Shown here: piece by piece, positions 62,727-64,000 of the stretch | Layout of the letters: every line of letters starts with the position of its first letter | Position numbering within the stretch: the stretch's first letter is position 1 | Source of the DNA: Nitrospirota bacterium | Lineage (GTDB): Bacteria > Nitrospirota > UBA9217 | Direction of reading: 5' to 3' | Assembly: GCA_963818475.1 (NCBI GenBank) | Contig: CAWFSF010000002.1 | Coordinates: 160,001-224,000, forward strand | Length of the DNA: 64,000 nucleotides | Notes under the pieces: model-generated | Told to the model about the DNA's origin: nothing | The model's database searches: none | What the model saw: only the letters and a program-made list of their open reading frames with translations | Translations under genes and position numbers: made by a program

Positions 62727-62766
62727 GGGCTTTATATCTGGGTTTATATCTGGGCGGGCAAATGAA

Positions 62767-62794
62767 AAGGCAGGCCCCTGCCGGGGACTGCCTT
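62767..62794 (-). terminator. Terminator after atpC
   Basis: Minus strand AAGGCAGTCCCC-GGCA-GGGGCCTGCCTTTT. Confidence 0.7.
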
Positions 62795-62822
62795 GTGTGT
62801 TGGGTTTTCGCTGATGCCGTTC

Positions 62823-63248
62823 TTACTTCTGTGCGTGCTTTTCCGCCACCTGAACGCGGATGATTGCTCGGAGCAGCTCAATGCGGGCTTTTTCATAATC
62901 CTTCTGTTCCAGCTGTCCGCCGAGCGCTTTTTCTGCGCGCTCTTTCTCCAGCCTTGCATCTTCAAGGTTGATATCCATGGCACGGTCTGCGCCCTCGGCC
63001 AGGATGATCACCCGGTTCGGCCCCACCTCTGCATAGCCCCAGTCTACGGCAAGGTAATGCCACTCATCACCCTCGCGATACGAAAGTTCACCGACCTTAA
63101 GTGTGGTCAGGAACGGGGTATGACCGGGGAGAACGCCGAACTCGCCTTCGCTGCCTGGCGCGATCACTTCGTCCACGTGCTCCGATCGCACAACCTGGCG
63201 GCTCGGCGCAACGACTTCAAGAAGCATTTTTCCTTTTTCAGCGACCAT
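62823..63248 (-). CDS. atpC: F1 ATP synthase epsilon subunit
   Basis: LEVVAP, EGEFGVLPGHTP, C-terminal helices. Confidence 0.95.
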   Translation of the reverse strand: MVAEKGKMLLEVVAPSRQVVRSEHVDEVIAPGSEGEFGVLPGHTPFLTTLKVGELSYREGDEWHYLAVDWGYAEVGPNRVIILAEGADRAMDINLEDARLEKERAEKALGGQLEQKDYEKARIELLRAIIRVQVAEKHAQK

Positions 63249-63367
63249 GTTCTTTTTCCAATCCTCGCCACTCATGTTGTCATGGATGCAGGATCCATGA
63301 TTCACGATGCATGATGATAATCGCGTTGTCCATCCTTATCAGCATACTGTATCCTGCTCGGACTCAA

Positions 63368-64000
<633 letters not shown>

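Overview
64 kb of a GC-moderate, anaerobe-type bacterial chromosome. Its gene content is compatible with Nitrospirota or Desulfobacterota, which is inference only. About 15 small frameshifts in ordinary genes suggest an unpolished long-read assembly. The centrepiece (6.9-36.2 kb, mostly minus strand) is an OmcS cytochrome-nanowire locus. It encodes hexaheme OmcS, 26- and 16-heme cytochromes, three beta-propeller proteins, a PPIase chaperone, an outer-membrane beta-barrel, lipoproteins, a TMTC-like glycosyltransferase, PilZ proteins and a heme-bearing sensor kinase with a sigma54 activator. Two features of this locus stand out: a ~2,620-aa lipoprotein carrying ~20 Calx-beta repeats, and a GEMM-I riboswitch with the c-di-GMP-type G20 whose 5' strand is complementary to the omcS ribosome-binding site. 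Also present: (1) a second, divergent F-type ATP synthase operon with a probable delta-alpha fusion and a glycine-poor c subunit, interrupted by an AT-rich aldehyde dehydrogenase gene followed by an attC site; (2) a 3-cassette integrase-less attC array with candidate defence genes; (3) a Na,K-like P-type ATPase, an ADP-forming acyl-CoA synthetase and a perR-fprA-rubredoxin operon; (4) a tandem IS1202-family dimer with 16-bp direct repeats; (5) the atpD-atpC end of the canonical ATP synthase operon.
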